DNA of 64,000 nucleotides from Octopus vulgaris (taxonomy: Eukaryota). How positions within the stretch are numbered: the first letter of the stretch is position 1; the number at the start of each line of letters is the position of its first letter. Of this stretch, positions 14,053-27,120 are shown one piece after another. The stretch is from the NCBI GenBank assembly GCA_951406725.2, contig OX597821.1:98580001-98644000 (forward strand), given 5' to 3'. Below the pieces are notes generated by a model. The model searched no databases. It saw nothing but the letters and a program-made list of their open reading frames with translations, and had not been told where the DNA came from. The translations under genes were made by a program, and so were the position numbers.

Positions 14053-14470
14053 ATAGGCGCAGGAGTGGCTGTGTGGTAAGTAGCTTGCTAACCAACCACA
14101 TGGTTCCGGGTTCAGTCCCACTGCGTGGCATCTTGGGCAAGTGTCTTCTGCTATAGCCCCGGGCCGACCAATGCCTTGTGAGTGGATTTGGTAGACGGAA
14201 ACTGTAAGAAGCCTGTCGTATATATGTATATATATATATATGTATGTATGTGTGTGTTTGTGTGTCTGTGTTTGTCCCCCTAGCATTGCTTGACAACCGA
14301 TGCTGGTGTGTTTATGTCCCCGTCACTTAGCGGTTCGGCAAAAGAGACCGATAGAATAAGAACTGGGCTTACAAAGAATAAGTCCCGGGGTCGATTTGCT
14401 CGACTAAAGGCAGTGCTCCAGCATGGCCGCAGTCAAATGACTGAAACAAGTAAAAGAGTAAAAGAGTAAA
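14053..14470 (+). mobile_element. SINE family B inserted in the hAT transposase
   Basis: Full-length copy. Confidence 0.9.
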
Positions 14471-14633
14471 CAGTAATAATGTTGCATGCAGGAATAATGA
14501 TTTCTTCACCAGTTGTATGAGGCTTCATTTTCTTTGCTATCAGTTCTGCAACCCTGAAGGAAGCTTCAAGAGCTTTGTCTGATATTAATACTCTTTTGAC
14601 CATTTTACTTGCTGCCTAACTCTGCCCTTCCAA

Positions 14634-14634
<1 letters not shown>

Positions 14635-14669
<35 letters not shown>

Positions 14670-14790
14670 TTAGCGTCCGCTTTCCATGCTAGCATGGGTT
14701 GGACGGTTCAACTGGGGTCTGGGAAGCCAGAAGGCTGCACCAGGCCCAGTCTGATCTGGCAATGTTTCTACAGCTGGATGCCCTTCCTAA
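14635..14790 (-). mobile_element. Family A, 5'-truncated
   Basis: (CAT)n followed by the reverse complement of the family A 3' end. Confidence 0.8.
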
Positions 14791-15957
14791 CAAATGAGAA
14801 AAATATGATAAGCCCTTCTGTGACACACCAGGGTTTTGGTAATAAGGTGCTGATTGAGCTTGCTAGGTACCATTGCTTCATTGCTGAGGGTCTCTCCACA
14901 AACTACACACACATTAACTTTTATAGAGTTTTTGGTCTCATATGATTCCTATTAGATTGAATAGTTTAAGACATTTTTAAAAAAAATTATCTTATATCAA
15001 TGTTTTTATCAATTAATCAGTATAAAAGTACCTATGATATTTATATTAAAAGATTGCCTAAAACTTTAGTTTTACCACAAATATGATTTTATATTTTCTC
15101 TCAACTAATAAGAATATGACATGTTTTTATAGTTTTAACTTTAATTGCACATTAATTCAATATTTCTTATACTTAATCTCTATTAAAATACCATATTAAT
15201 GTTTTTGACAAAAATACAAAAATTATAAATTTGATTTAAGAACAAAAAATGAATTCAACTAAAAACTAAACATTCCAGAATGTAGAGCACTTTAAAAAAC
15301 ATATTTCCTACTTTCCTGACACTTTTTCATTTAAGTATATCCTTTACAATAAATAAATAAATTTCCTTTTTTCTGTTTTGTTATTTTAATTGATATAATA
15401 AAAAGATTTTCTGTTTCCAAAAGTGGTTTTATTTCTATTTATAAAATAATCATTTGATAAAAAAAATTACATTAAAATTGGTAGTGCCACTTAAATGAAA
15501 AAGGTCCTCTTCTGATTTAAAACAAGTGAAAATGATGTAAATTATCTTTTTATTTACTACTCAGAGATAATACAAGAAAACAAGATAGTGTGGTTGTGAT
15601 AAAAGCAAGATAAAAAAAAGCTGAAATATAAGTATTAGTATTTAGAAATATCAAAAAGATTTTTAAAACTCAAAAAAATAATAAACACAACACATATTTG
15701 CAACAATATTCTGGATATGAAAACGAAACTTCATTTTTTTAGGTTTCACCTTCAAAACAAATTGATGAAAACAGTTTAAAATGGCGTCTTTTTGCTAACA
15801 TTTTTATGTTATGCTTACATAATATTTACTGTTAAAATAGTATCAAAATGTACTTTTGACTCGAAATGATCAGTCATGATAACACATATATATATATGTA
15901 TATTTCACAGCACTCCAGGGTGTTGTAGCACACCGGTTGGGAACCTGTGTTCTAGAT

Positions 15958-17230
15958 CATCAACATTGTCTTGTATGGGTGCTTTGGATACTATGTTGAT
16001 ATCATCCACGTAACAGGAGTACATGGTTAGGGTTATGGAGTTCTCTGCTAATTTCTCTTTGAGTCTCCTATCCCACCATACCATAAATAGGTTAGCCACA
16101 TCTCCAGCAATACTGATACCGATACCGATGACTCTACTTTCCTCTTGGGCATATATCTTGTTATTAAACTTAAATATGTGGCCCTTGAATGTGATCTTGG
16201 TACTCGCACCCACCACATGTGCAACCATCTTTTTAACCTGATCATCGTTTTCAGGGGTCTGTATAGCTCTGGTCCATTCATTATCTTTCTCTAGGGGTCT
16301 TCCTGACCATAGAAGTTATAGTAGAGGGTCTGCTTCTTACCAATTTAGTGGGGTAGAAACAACTAAGGTCATATTCATCCAAGTAACCATTGTCACATGC
16401 CAGTCTCAGGGGGAGGCCCAGTTCTTCCTTGTCAACACCACGAAACTCCACATCGCTCCCGCCGATCACCTTCACACATTTCTCCACAACAAAATCAACA
16501 TCAATAGATGGGTATAAAGATACCACGTCCATACTGCCTTATATGCATCCCATCAGATTGTAGGCATGGTTGCAGTCATTGATTCTGCAGAGGAGGTTCT
16601 CTGTACTGTCACACACATCCGGTACATTTTGATCAGAGGGCGTATGATCATAGAGAGGAAGTAGGAGATCCAGCAGTTGATGATAACATTGGCTCCGCAG
16701 ACTGGTCTCATTGGTGGTCCTGTTACTGGGTCAATGATTGCCTTATGGTCCTTGTGGAGCCCATACAGTGCTGGGATGTTGTTATTAGTGGCCTAGAAGT
16801 GTGCTATTTTGCCCCTAAGATGTTTGACCACATTATATGAGCATTAAGGATCTTCTCTCTCTCCTCATACTCTCGTACCCTTGTTTCCTTCATATTGGTG
16901 ATGTTGGGTTGCATCACTTGGATGTAGTTTGGCAGGTTGTCTATTGACATTCTGCCGGACTTGTCTGTGGAAAAGCGCACAACTTTCCTATTTTCTGTGC
17001 GCTGTATGAGCTTACACAGGATACTCGCAGACTTCTTGTCAAATTGCTGTGCCTCTCCGTCTTCTAGTGTATTGTTCTAAAATCTGTCTAAGTTTAGTAC
17101 TGACTATGGTCAAGCATGCTTCTATTCCATCATTTGTCTGTTGAGGGATGCAAACTCTTTTGTTGAAGGGTAGGCTTGTCAGATAAATACAACTCATATC
17201 GGTAGGGTTTATCACATAAATTGAAGAATA
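15958..17230 (-). mobile_element. Penelope-like element, degenerate RT
   Basis: PALYGLHKDHK, MRPVC, MDVVSLYPSID, FKFNNKIYAQ, IAGDVANLFM and YVDDI motifs across frameshifts; cut by the hAT insertion. Confidence 0.8.
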
Positions 17231-18200
17231 GGGAGTGAAAAGGGTTTGTGTCATTTATACCTGTTGTACTACTTTCTATCCTATCATTTCTCTGGTTAGT
17301 AGTTGTGTCTTGTTGTTATTGGTTGTGGTGGTGTTGGTGTTTCTATGTGAATGTGGTGGCTTCATGCAGGCATAGCATCGATGCGATCCTCGATAGTCAA
17401 ATTTCACTTAGCAATTCAACAGCATTTTTCTCACGGTAAAACAATGGTTTTTCTGTGAGTGACAGCTGTTGCATTTGCCAGATGCCTCCACTAAGCAGAA
17501 TAATATCTTTGCCACTTGACCCTTCTAACCTCTTCTAGGCCACCGAAAGCTAGAATAGCGATAACAGACCGCCAGCAAAATCCATTGCTCTCAGCAATAT
17601 GTCTCTCCTTTTAACTAGTTTGGATAATTATAAATACTAAAACACCGTAGGAAAAAAGTTAGTTGGCAATAAGGAGATGAGGATGCAGAGGCAACTACAG
17701 GCAGACTCCAGTTAGTAAGATAATTCAACTGAAAGAAGGCTTACGGTGAGAATGTCAACTATGATACAGTGTCTTATTATCACAACACCACTGTTGTTTA
17801 AATGTCAGGCACAATGAAGGTATCATTTTATCGGCTTCCTACACTTAACATTCACTCTATCTTCCTCTAATTCCTAGCTAGGTAGCTAGCAGTTGACCGA
17901 ACATAAACAGCATCAACATACAAGAAAAGATAACTCTATTGCTTTTACATGATACACACACCTGCTCGCCAAGGCATGGCATACAAAGTAACGGTAAATA
18001 AATATTTCTTCACAACTTCGATCATTGTTCTTCGTTCATCTTGTCCATCTTGCAACAACAGCACTCGTCACAATCGCTGTCAACTCCAGCATATATCATA
18101 AATGCAAACCGTTACACTGGCAACCAACATCTTAACAACAACCGTTACAATTGGTGACCCTCGACTGCAACGAAGAACTGACCGTTATATGTATTGCTGG

Positions 18201-18430
18201 AGGGCGGCGAGCTGGCAGAAACGTTAGCACGCCGGGCGAAATGCGTAGCCGTATTTCGTCTTCCGTTACGTTCTGGGTTCAAATTCCGCCGAGGTCGACT
18301 TTGCCTTTCATCCTTTCGGGGTCGATTAAATAAGTACCAGTTACGCACTGGGGTCGATGTAATCGACTTAATCCGTTTGTCTGTCCTTGTTTGTTCCCCT
18401 CTGTGTTTAGCCCCTTGTGGGCAATAAAGA
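18201..18430 (+). mobile_element. tRNA-derived SINE family C
   Basis: GGCGGCGAGCTGGCAGAAACGTTAGC (A box), GGTTCAAATTCC (B box), GACTTTGCCTTTCATCCTTTCGGGGTCGAT core and AAAGAAATA end. Confidence 0.9.
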
Positions 18431-18633
18431 AATAAGTATGTTGACCTTCCTCTCACTCGCATCCCTCCCTCCGTTGCTGCTGGTGCTGCCCTTGCCCCAC
18501 ACTTTAATGTTACTCGTGTATCTTTTTGTGTTTGTAAGTTCGTTCATATTGCCATCGTGGTGGTTGTTGTTGTTGTTGCGCCCGTTTGTGAAGTTACTGT
18601 TGTTATAATCAATGTGTTCAAAGGTATTATTAT

Positions 18634-18862
18634 TGGCGAGCTGGCAGAAACGTTAGCGCGCCGGGCGAAATGCGTAGCAGTATTTCGTCTGCCGCTACGT
18701 TCTGAGTTCAAATTACGCCGAGGTCGACTTTGCCTTTCATCCTTTCGGGGTCGATAAATTAAGTACCAATTACGCACTGGGGTCGATATAATCAACTTAA
18801 TCAGTTTGTCTGTCCTTGTTTGTCCCCTCTGTGTGTAGCCTCTTGTGGGCAGTAAAGAAATA
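18634..18862 (+). mobile_element. SINE family C
   Basis: Full-length copy. Confidence 0.9.
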
Positions 18863-19031
18863 GCTATTTAAAATGCAAAATTATTTATTTAAATATGTTT
18901 TATAATTTTGATTTTGTTTGTGAAATGAAGCAATTTTTGGCGAATATGTTGATTAATTAATAAATTAATTTGTATCCATTAGATCTCTGTGTTCCAACTC
19001 GATAATGTTTGGTGTGTGTGTGTGTGTGTGT

Positions 19032-20604
19032 TTGGGTCATCCCATAAATAATGCGGTTTTTTCAATTGCATGAACTAAAAATCGGAGGGGGACGGGATAA
19101 ACTACCTGCATCAACTTGCTATAAAAGCAGGTAGTAATTTTACCTTGTACTTATTCTTAGTGCAAGTTTTGAAGAGTGCAGTTCGATTTTAACAGCTATT
19201 TTTTTTCAAAGGTATAATGGAAGTGACAAAGGACCATATTCGGCATATTTAGTTGTATGAGTTCAATAAAGGCAACAATGTAACGAAAAGTGTGAGGAAT
19301 ATTAATGCAGTATATGGGGATCGGACAATAAGCGTAAGCCAGTGTCAAAGGTGATTCCAGAAATTCCGAACCGGAAGATGAGCCTAGAAGATGAGCCTCG
19401 TCCTGGAAAATCTGTTGAGCTCGACGAGGAGGTCCTGCAAACCCTGGTGGAACAAAATCCCACCGTAACTGTTGAGGAACTAGCAGAGAAGTTTGAATTT
19501 GGTCATTCAACCATTCACTGCTACCTACGTGCCATCGGAAAAGTCAGCAAATTGGGTCGATGGGTTCCTCACAAACTTTCCGCGTCTAATCGTGCGCAGA
19601 GTGAATGTGTATGTGCTCTTTCTTTGCGATCACGTCTCACGAATGAACCTTTTTTGGACTGAATAGTGACGGGTGATGAGAAGTAGAATCTCTATAAAAA
19701 TGTCAAGAGCCGAAAACTGGTAGAAAAAGATGAAACACCGGCATCCCAGGCTAAAGAAGGTCTTCACCCATATAAGGTGTTATTATTTGTTAGGTTCCAC
19801 AAGAGATCTCGTGGAAGCGTCATCCAACCAAAATGCAAATATATGGGAAACTACCACCTGTGTCATCTCTTGTGAAAGGTAGGAGAGTCCAGTTTGCTGG
19901 ACATTGTTGCAGAGCTGAAAACGAGACAATTTTTACTCTTCTCCTCTAGAAGCCATCTACTCGCAATACCAGAGGGCGCACACTCTCCTACCCTGATGTA
20001 ATCTCCAGGGATACAGGCATCCAGCAACAGGACCTCCGTAATGCTATGATGGGCCATGAAGTCTGGCGTAGCATGGTAAAATCCATTGTCTCGACCACGG
20101 TCGAACAATGATGATGATGATGATTTGTTAGGTGGGATATGAAAGGTTTAGTCCACTTCGAACTTTTAAAATCAAACCAAACGATAAGAAAGGAGATCTA
20201 CTGCTGCAAGCGCTAGAAGAATAACGACCATCTTTGGTTCCAAGATGAAAGGTGTTCTTCCATCAGGATAATGTTCGGCCACATACAACGAGGATGACAT
20301 TCCAAAGGCCGGAGCAGTCTGAATGGGAAACAATGCCCCACCCACCATATTTGCTGGACATTGCCCCCATCTGATATCATTTATTCCGCAGTCTTCAAAA
20401 TCATTTGGACAGAAAAAATATGAATTCTGTAGACGAGGTCAGTACAGTACTGAAGGAGTATTTTTCGTCACGGACAAGTGAATTTTGGAAAAGGGGCCTT
20501 GCAAGTCTACCAGATAGATGGAAGAGCATTGTAGAAAATAATTTTAGATTAAAAAAAAAGAACTTAATTTTGAAAAAGTATGAAAAGCTGCATTATTTAT
20601 GGGT
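19032..20604 (+). mobile_element. Full-length but inactivated mariner transposon
   Basis: TIRs (A/T)CCCATAAATAATGCGG...CTGCATTATTTATGGGT; transposase from ATG 19217 with WVPHKL, IVTGDEK, HQDNVRPH and PHPPY motifs; several stops and frameshifts. Confidence 0.92.
19796..20122 (+). mobile_element. 3' fragment of an RTE-like LINE inserted in the mariner
   Basis: Encodes ISWKRHPT...RRVQFAGHCCRA; (GAT)n tail; 11-bp TSD ATTTGTTAGGT at 19785-19795 and 20123-20133. Confidence 0.85.
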
Positions 20605-20619
20605 CTTTCTTTCTTTCTT

Positions 20620-21265
20620 TCTACCTACCTACCTACCTACCTACCTACCTACTTTCCTACCTGCCTGCTTGCCTGCTTGGATGCCAAACTACTTATCCAC
20701 CTCCCTACCTGTTTATCTAAACACTGTACAAAAATAATCGATCAACACATGTCCAGTCATCAGCAATTAGATCAGACGAAAATTGACAAAGATGTGTATG
20801 TATATATGTATGTATGTATGCATGCATGTATGTATGTGTTTGTATGTATGTATGCATGTATGTATGTATGTATGTATGTATGTATGTATGTATGTATGTA
20901 TGTATGTATGTATGTATGTATGTATGTATGTATGTATGTATGTATGTATGTATGTATGTATGTATGTATGTATGTATGTATGTATGTATGTATATACATG
21001 AGTGTGTGTATATGTGTGTGTGTATGTATGTATGTGTGTGTGTATATGTATGTATGTGTGTGTGTGTGTATGTATGTATATATATATATATATATACATA
21101 AGTGTGTGTGTATATGTATGTATGTACGTATGTATGTATGTATGTATGTATGTGTGTGTGTATATGTATACATATACATAAGTGTGTGTGTGTGTGTATA
21201 TGTATGTATATATGTATGTATGTGTGTATATGTATGTATGTATGTGTGTGTGTTGGTGTGTGTGA
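20620..21265. repeat. (CCTA)n plus long (TATG)n/(TG)n compound microsatellite
   Basis: Direct observation. Confidence 0.95.
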
Positions 21266-21646
21266 AAGATTGTATGTGTGGTGCGCGCGCGTTTGCGTCC
21301 TTGTCTCTAGAAAGTGGAGTGATTGACGAGAGAGCTTTTAGCTGTCATTGGGTGAAAACACACAAGCACATGCATGTAGACACTTGCACGTACATGTGGC
21401 CGTGCGTATGTCAATATGCGTGAAACACGTAACGCACACAACGCAGATATACTTACACACACGTTCGTATGTAATCTCATATGTTCGAAAGGAAAAACAG
21501 AAAGTTGCTTCTAGACACACGTACATGCGTCTTATGTTTACGCAATTGATCCTATACGCGTGTATGTAGGTTTGAAACTGTATGTGCTTTGCTTTTTGTA
21601 AGTTACTCTCTTCATGTTGGTTCTATACATATATACCTCTGTACAT

Positions 21647-21865
21647 CAGTGGTTTTCAACCAGGGTTCCGCGGAACCTTAGGGTTCCGCCAGTACAGTCC
21701 AGGGGTTCCGCAAGAAGTTACAAAACTGCTAAAATCGGCAGTAATTTTTAATTCTCCTGCGCAGATATGTGTGCATAAGACTATTAAATTATTGCACAGG
21801 GGTTCCCCGAGCCAGTGGAATGTTTCCTTGGGGTTCCGCTCCAGCAAAAAGTTTGAAAAGCACTG
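21647..21865. mobile_element. hAT MITE (219 bp)
   Basis: TIRs CAGTGGTTTTCAA / TTGAAAAGCACTG; perfect 8-bp TSD CTGTACAT; internal GGGTTCC motifs. Confidence 0.92.
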
Positions 21866-21950
21866 CTGTACATTGTTGTTAATTACACACTCGCGCGCGC
21901 ACACACACACACTATACTTGGTTGACGGAAACTATATAAGTCCGTACTAA

Positions 21951-22364
21951 GGCGGCGAGCTGGCAGAAACGTTAGCACGCCGGGCGAAATGCGTAGCGTA
22001 TTTCGTCTGTCGTTACGTTCTGAGTTCAAATTCCGCCGAGGTCGACTTTGCCTTTCATCCTTTCGGGGTCGATAAATTAAGTACCAGTTACGTACTGGGG
22101 TCGATGCAATCGACCTAATACCTATGTCTGTCCTTGTTTGTCCCCTCTGTCTTTAGCCCCTTGTGGGTAATAAAGAAATAGGTATTTCGTCTGTCGTTGC
22201 GTTCTGAGTTCAAATTCTGCCGAGGTCAACTTTGCCTTTCATCCTTTCGGGGTCGATAAATAAAGTACCAATTTCGCACTGGGGTCGATATAATCGACTC
22301 AATCCCTTCGTCTGTCCTTGTTTGTCCCCTCTATGTTTAGCCCCTTCTGGGCAGTAAAGAAATA
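21951..22364 (+). mobile_element. Dimeric SINE family C insertion
   Basis: One full copy plus a 5'-truncated copy within a single 15-bp TSD, TATATAAGTCCGTAC (21933-21947 and 22365-22379). Confidence 0.9.
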
Positions 22365-23104
22365 TATATAAGTCCGTACGAGAGACTTCATCTATTGCCT
22401 AGTGTCTGATGCCTTTCGCGAAGCACGCTCTCTTGCAAGGATTCGGCCAGGATTCTGGTTTCTGGATAATTTTTCTCTCACTAGCCTTTTGTTGGGAGGG
22501 GGCCGCAGTCAAATGACTGAAACAAGTAAAAGAGAGTAAAGAGTATTATTTTCAAAGAGGTGTTCTCATGTAGTTTTTTGCATCCCTTTGACGGTAAAGA
22601 AGTTACAAAGCATTTAAAGTTAGCCACTGGGAATTGTACATCGGTGACATACCGTCCATACTCATCCAAGCCCCTGACCAGACTTTGGTGCCTGGGGGTG
22701 CTTCAGAATATTCTGAGTGGGCACTAATTTGTAATAATGTTAAAATGGTGTTTCGAGATAAGTGTATCACTGTAAATCTGAGGGTGCACCATTAAATAGA
22801 AAGGGACCAGTACCGTCCTTAGCGATGGCCATGTACTGATCTTCATTGCCATGAAGAATGCTCACATGAAACTTTTACATGGTTTATCACTCTGCTTGGA
22901 ATCTATGGCTACCATGTGCGGTCCTCACCCCACGTCATACCTCTGTCAGGAAAAGCTAAAATTTCGACCAAGGGGTTCTCGTTTATTAAAATGGATCCGC
23001 TATTAGCTATCTAATTTACGAAAACCACAAAATTGAAATAAATTTGAGATTCCAAAGGAGCTGCAAGACAGAGGATTGGTCAAACTGGCTATATATAAAT
23101 AAAT

Positions 23105-23500
23105 GGCTTCGTCCGTCCTTACGTTCCGAGTTTAAAATTCTACCGAGGTTGATTTTACCTTTCATCCTTTCGGGATCGATAAAATAAGTATCATTTGATC
23201 GATGTCATAGAATTAGCCCCTCCCCTGAAATTGCTGGCCTTGTGCCAAAATCTAAAACCAAAATTAGCTCTGATAAAAGAAAAGGCGGCGAACTGGTTGT
23301 ATCGTTTGCACGCCGGGCGAAATGCTTAGCGGCATTTCGTCCGTCTTTACGTTCTGAGTTCAAATTCCGCCGAGGCCAACTTTGCCTTTCATCCTTTCGG
23401 AGGTTCGATAAAATAAGTACTAGTTGAGAATTTGAGGGTCGATGTAATCGACTTACCCCGCCCCATGAAATTACTGGCCTTGTGCCAAAATTTGAAATCA
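23105..23500 (+). mobile_element. Two older family C-related SINEs with an alternative 3' tail
   Basis: Same head and core, but the tail is GAAATTGCTGGCCTTGTGCCAAAAT. Confidence 0.75.
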
Positions 23501-23869
23501 ATATTAGCTCTGATAAAACTATCAGTATTTCCACCGTCAACACACACTTGCGTTGATTGATGGTTAATTATTGTTTTGATGAAACAACTTGATGTTTTAA
23601 TGAAGCAAAAAAAAAAACCAATGTTGGACATTGCTTTACACGCATTACAATGGTGTCCTTGGGGCGTTATTAGGTAATTTATACAACCGAGAAAAATCAT
23701 TTAATTTTTTTCTCTCACATGACAGATGGCATTTCTAGCTGGACATTTTCTCTGGACATGCCTATACTCCGCCATATTTCTGCTGAAATATTTTCGTGTT
23801 CTGTTGTTTGTTTTCCTCTGTAACAGTAATACTGTTGACAAAAATACTCTAATTATAAACGCTGGTATT

Positions 23870-24420
23870 CTTTAGTAGAAAGTCCAAAGCTCTGGGTTGC
23901 GAAACTGATGTTTAATCATTTTAGCTTTTTGTTTTCGAAGATATCTGAGTTCTGTTCCTGTCAACGTTATTCCAGGAATCAAAACACACACACCTGTTAT
24001 TAAATATTTAATATATATTGTTCCGCAGTTACATCTTTTAGCCAGTAGTTTCAAGTTTGGAAGAAATTGATCGAGGTTTTCTGTTGGCTGTTGTATGCAA
24101 GTAGCGATTTTGTTGTCTGGTAAAAACTTCATCCAACGATTTAATGTAGATAACAGTCTCTGTAATTTATTTTGTCCTCGTAATTGTTACATATAGTAAT
24201 GAGTTCAAATAGTTCGCGAAATAAGAAGACGTGTGGTCTGTCAATATACGGAATACTGGCAAGAAAATCTTCAGACATACGTGATCGGTGTTTGAATTAC
24301 GAGACGGTTAACGCAGAACTCTGCCCATAATAGAGTTACTTGAATGAACCGTCGTTAGAAATTAACGAAGAATAAATTGGTGTACTGAAGACTTTATTCA
24401 ACAACTACTAATACAGCACA
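23870..24420 (-). mobile_element. Possible gag-like remnant of an LTR element
   Basis: QQPTENLDQFLPNLKLLAKRCN resembles the gypsy gag Q..E....F...L..LA..C pattern; heavily decayed. Confidence 0.4.
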
Positions 24421-24724
24421 ACTTTTGGCTTACAGAAAAGGCTCGCTCATCACGTGTTACATCAATTGTTGAAGAATGTATAAACACTCCAATTTCTGAG
24501 ATTTTATTCTGAGAAATGGATTTGTTTTTGATTCCATATTTGTTTGGGTAATTTCCACAAACCCCAGAAAATGTTCGTTTATGTTTTTTTCCATTGCCGA
24601 CATTACGGATGCGACAGAGAGTTGTGATTGTGTTCAGTGTTTTTCATGGAGGTGACAGTGGGGATGACAATTGGAAAAAGGGACAAATTGCCACGGCTAA
24701 GAAAACTGTTTCTTTCTTTCTTTC

Positions 24725-25118
24725 TTTCTTTTACTTGTTTCAGTCATTTGACTGCGGCCATGCTGGAGCACCGCCTTTAGTCGAACAAATCGACCCCGGG
24801 ACTTATTCTTTGTAAGCCCAGTACTTATTCTATCGGTCTCTTTTGCCGAACCGCTAAGTAACGGGGATGTAAACACACCAGCATCGGTTGTCAAGCAATG
24901 CAGACACACAAACATATACACACACATACACACATATATATATATACACATATACGACAGGCTCCTTCCAGTTTCCGTCTACCAAATCCACTCATAAGGC
25001 ATTGGTCGGTCCGGGGCTATAGCAGAAGACACATGCCCAAGATGCCACGCAGCGGGACTGAACCCGGAACCATGTGGTCGGTAAACAAGCTACTTACCAC
25101 ACAGCCACTCCTGCGCCT
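24725..25118 (-). mobile_element. SINE family B
   Basis: Full-length copy. Confidence 0.9.
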
Positions 25119-25181
25119 CTAAACTTTAAAAAAAAAATTCGGTCAACATAGTGACGAAGAAAGAAGAATTACACGGATGGA

Positions 25182-27120
25182 GTGTAAAGGACGGAAACTG
25201 CTTCTTACCTTGATCTAATAAACGGATCCCAAAAGGAACTCCTCAATCACCAGCTGAAACTTGTTGTGCGACCCTGAAGCACACTCCACATTACCCGCTA
25301 GCAAGGAGATAGAATTTCTTACGACTTCTTGATCACGCGCATCCGTTCTCCGTCACTGCCAGCGAAAAGAGCACGGTCGGATCACCTGCTTTGTTACCCT
25401 TACCTGACATTACTCCCCGCTTACTTTGGATGCATCAACCACTAATGCTGTTTTGCATTTCTAGCTCACAACCCACTATTCCACACGCACACACCCTCTA
25501 TCTGAAGGTCTCATTCTTCAAAGTCATCCATCCATTCACCTAGCTAGATGGAGTCACCCTTTTTGTGACCTTTGCAAGATTGTGGTGCTGATCTCAACTT
25601 CTACTTGTCCTTCGTTACCTGAGGAGCTGATAATTCTATGGACGTCCAGGATGTGACGCGGCTTTCCGTCATGTGACACATTATTTCGGGAGTTCCCTTC
25701 CGTCACCCTCCCTTTCCACCATTGAATTGTGTACTGTACGTTGGCTTGTTTCACCCAAATTTTGTCCCCGATCTAAACGGATGCTGAACCTTCTTCCTCG
25801 AAATGCTGCTGCACTGTGCTCCTGTATACATTCATATCGCAACACTGCTCTTTATAAGACCGACCCTTTGTTTTGCTCTGAGCGACATGAATCAGAAGAG
25901 TTCCTCAGTTAGGAAAGATTCGCCGTTTCTCGGCCATAGCTTTGATTGTCTGGAGGTCTGTTGGCCCAGTTCCATCTTATCTCTCCTAAGTTTAAGTCCC
26001 AGCACAGCATCTCCTACTATAATCTCTGATGGTTTCACAGTCAACCAGAACCTCCTAAGATGACCTAGAACCTTTACTGCTGATATTGTAGTTTCATTCA
26101 CCAGAATGTCATCTACAAAGAAATTAGTGGCCTGCTCCACTTAGGCCATTATTCCCAAGTTCGCCATGACTTTTGGTATAGAGTTCAGCCGATCCCAGGC
26201 GAATCAGTATGTCCTACCCATGTGTTTCACCATCTAGTACCTCCACAGTTTCTCAGCTACGTAGAGCTGCAGATACACCGACCTAAGATCGACGATGGTC
26301 GGCGATCCCAATATTTGCCTTCACGCTAGCAAAGTCTCCCTACAGACATCTGTGGTTTCACTGCCTGTATGACAATACGTGCTCATTCAGTTCCCGAAAA
26401 TCTAGTACTGACCGAACGTTATTTTTCGTCGGTTGAACCACTGCCATCATCGGGAACACACTGCTCTTCACCTTCTTTTCCCAATGCATTTAAATACCTT
26501 CTTCAATTTAGCTGGTCACATCTCTCTCGAACTCATTTCTGGCCTCTTCTTTCAGGGTATGCTCTTAGTAGCTCACCTTGTTTCTCAACGTCGGGAGATC
26601 TCTCTTCCAGAAACATTCTACTGTCAATCGCCCGCCTCAAACTTAATCCGGAAGCCCTTGTTTTTTTTTTAGTTTGTCTGTGACATTCTTTCCCTCAGAG
26701 TTTGATCCATCGATCTCACTGCCATCTTCTTCCGGCCGCATGCTGACAACTCGCGATGCACTGGTCCCCAGATTCTATTCCTGTTGAAGTGAAATAACCA
26801 ACTTAAGGGCCCTAGAAGGGAACAGGGTTAGATATAGAAGCATCAGTATAGTGGTGGATGGCGGTACAAGGAATGCCAATGATGGTACAGGCGACTGTGG
26901 TCGACTAAGTTGTGGATGGCGTTGATGTAGTGTAAAGGACAGAAAAGGTCTCTTATCTCGATCTAATTGACGATTCCAAAACGGAACACCTCAACCACCG
27001 ACTGAAACTTGTGCTACTCTGAGATACTCTCTATCCTACCTGCTAGCTAGCGATAAATTTCCGAGGTAAAATCGACCGCTTTGTTACCTAACGTCACCAC
27101 CTTCCTCACTTCCAGTGCAT
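25182..27120 (-). mobile_element. Degenerate gypsy-like LTR retroelement relic
   Basis: Diverged direct repeats beginning GTGTAAAGGAC at about 25182 and 26930 flank RT remnants (IVDLRSVYLQL, FFVDDILV, HLRRFWLTVKP). Confidence 0.6.

Larger units (their letters stand above)
13545..15949 (-). mobile_element. hAT (Charlie/Buster-type) DNA transposon relic, interrupted by two retro-repeats
   Basis: Transposase fragments CIDGAPLMIG...THCFLHREAL and FALQVDESTD. The minus-strand terminus CACAGGTTCCCAAC at 15949 is flanked by TTCTAGAT (NTCTAGAN, the Charlie-type target). Confidence 0.85.

Noticed and set aside
20599-21423. 274-aa ORF and other YI/CV/TH/PTYL/poly-I ORFs (e.g. 10006-10581, 35871-36482, 58351-58803)
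   Set aside because: Translations of microsatellites that lack stop codons; no protein-like content.
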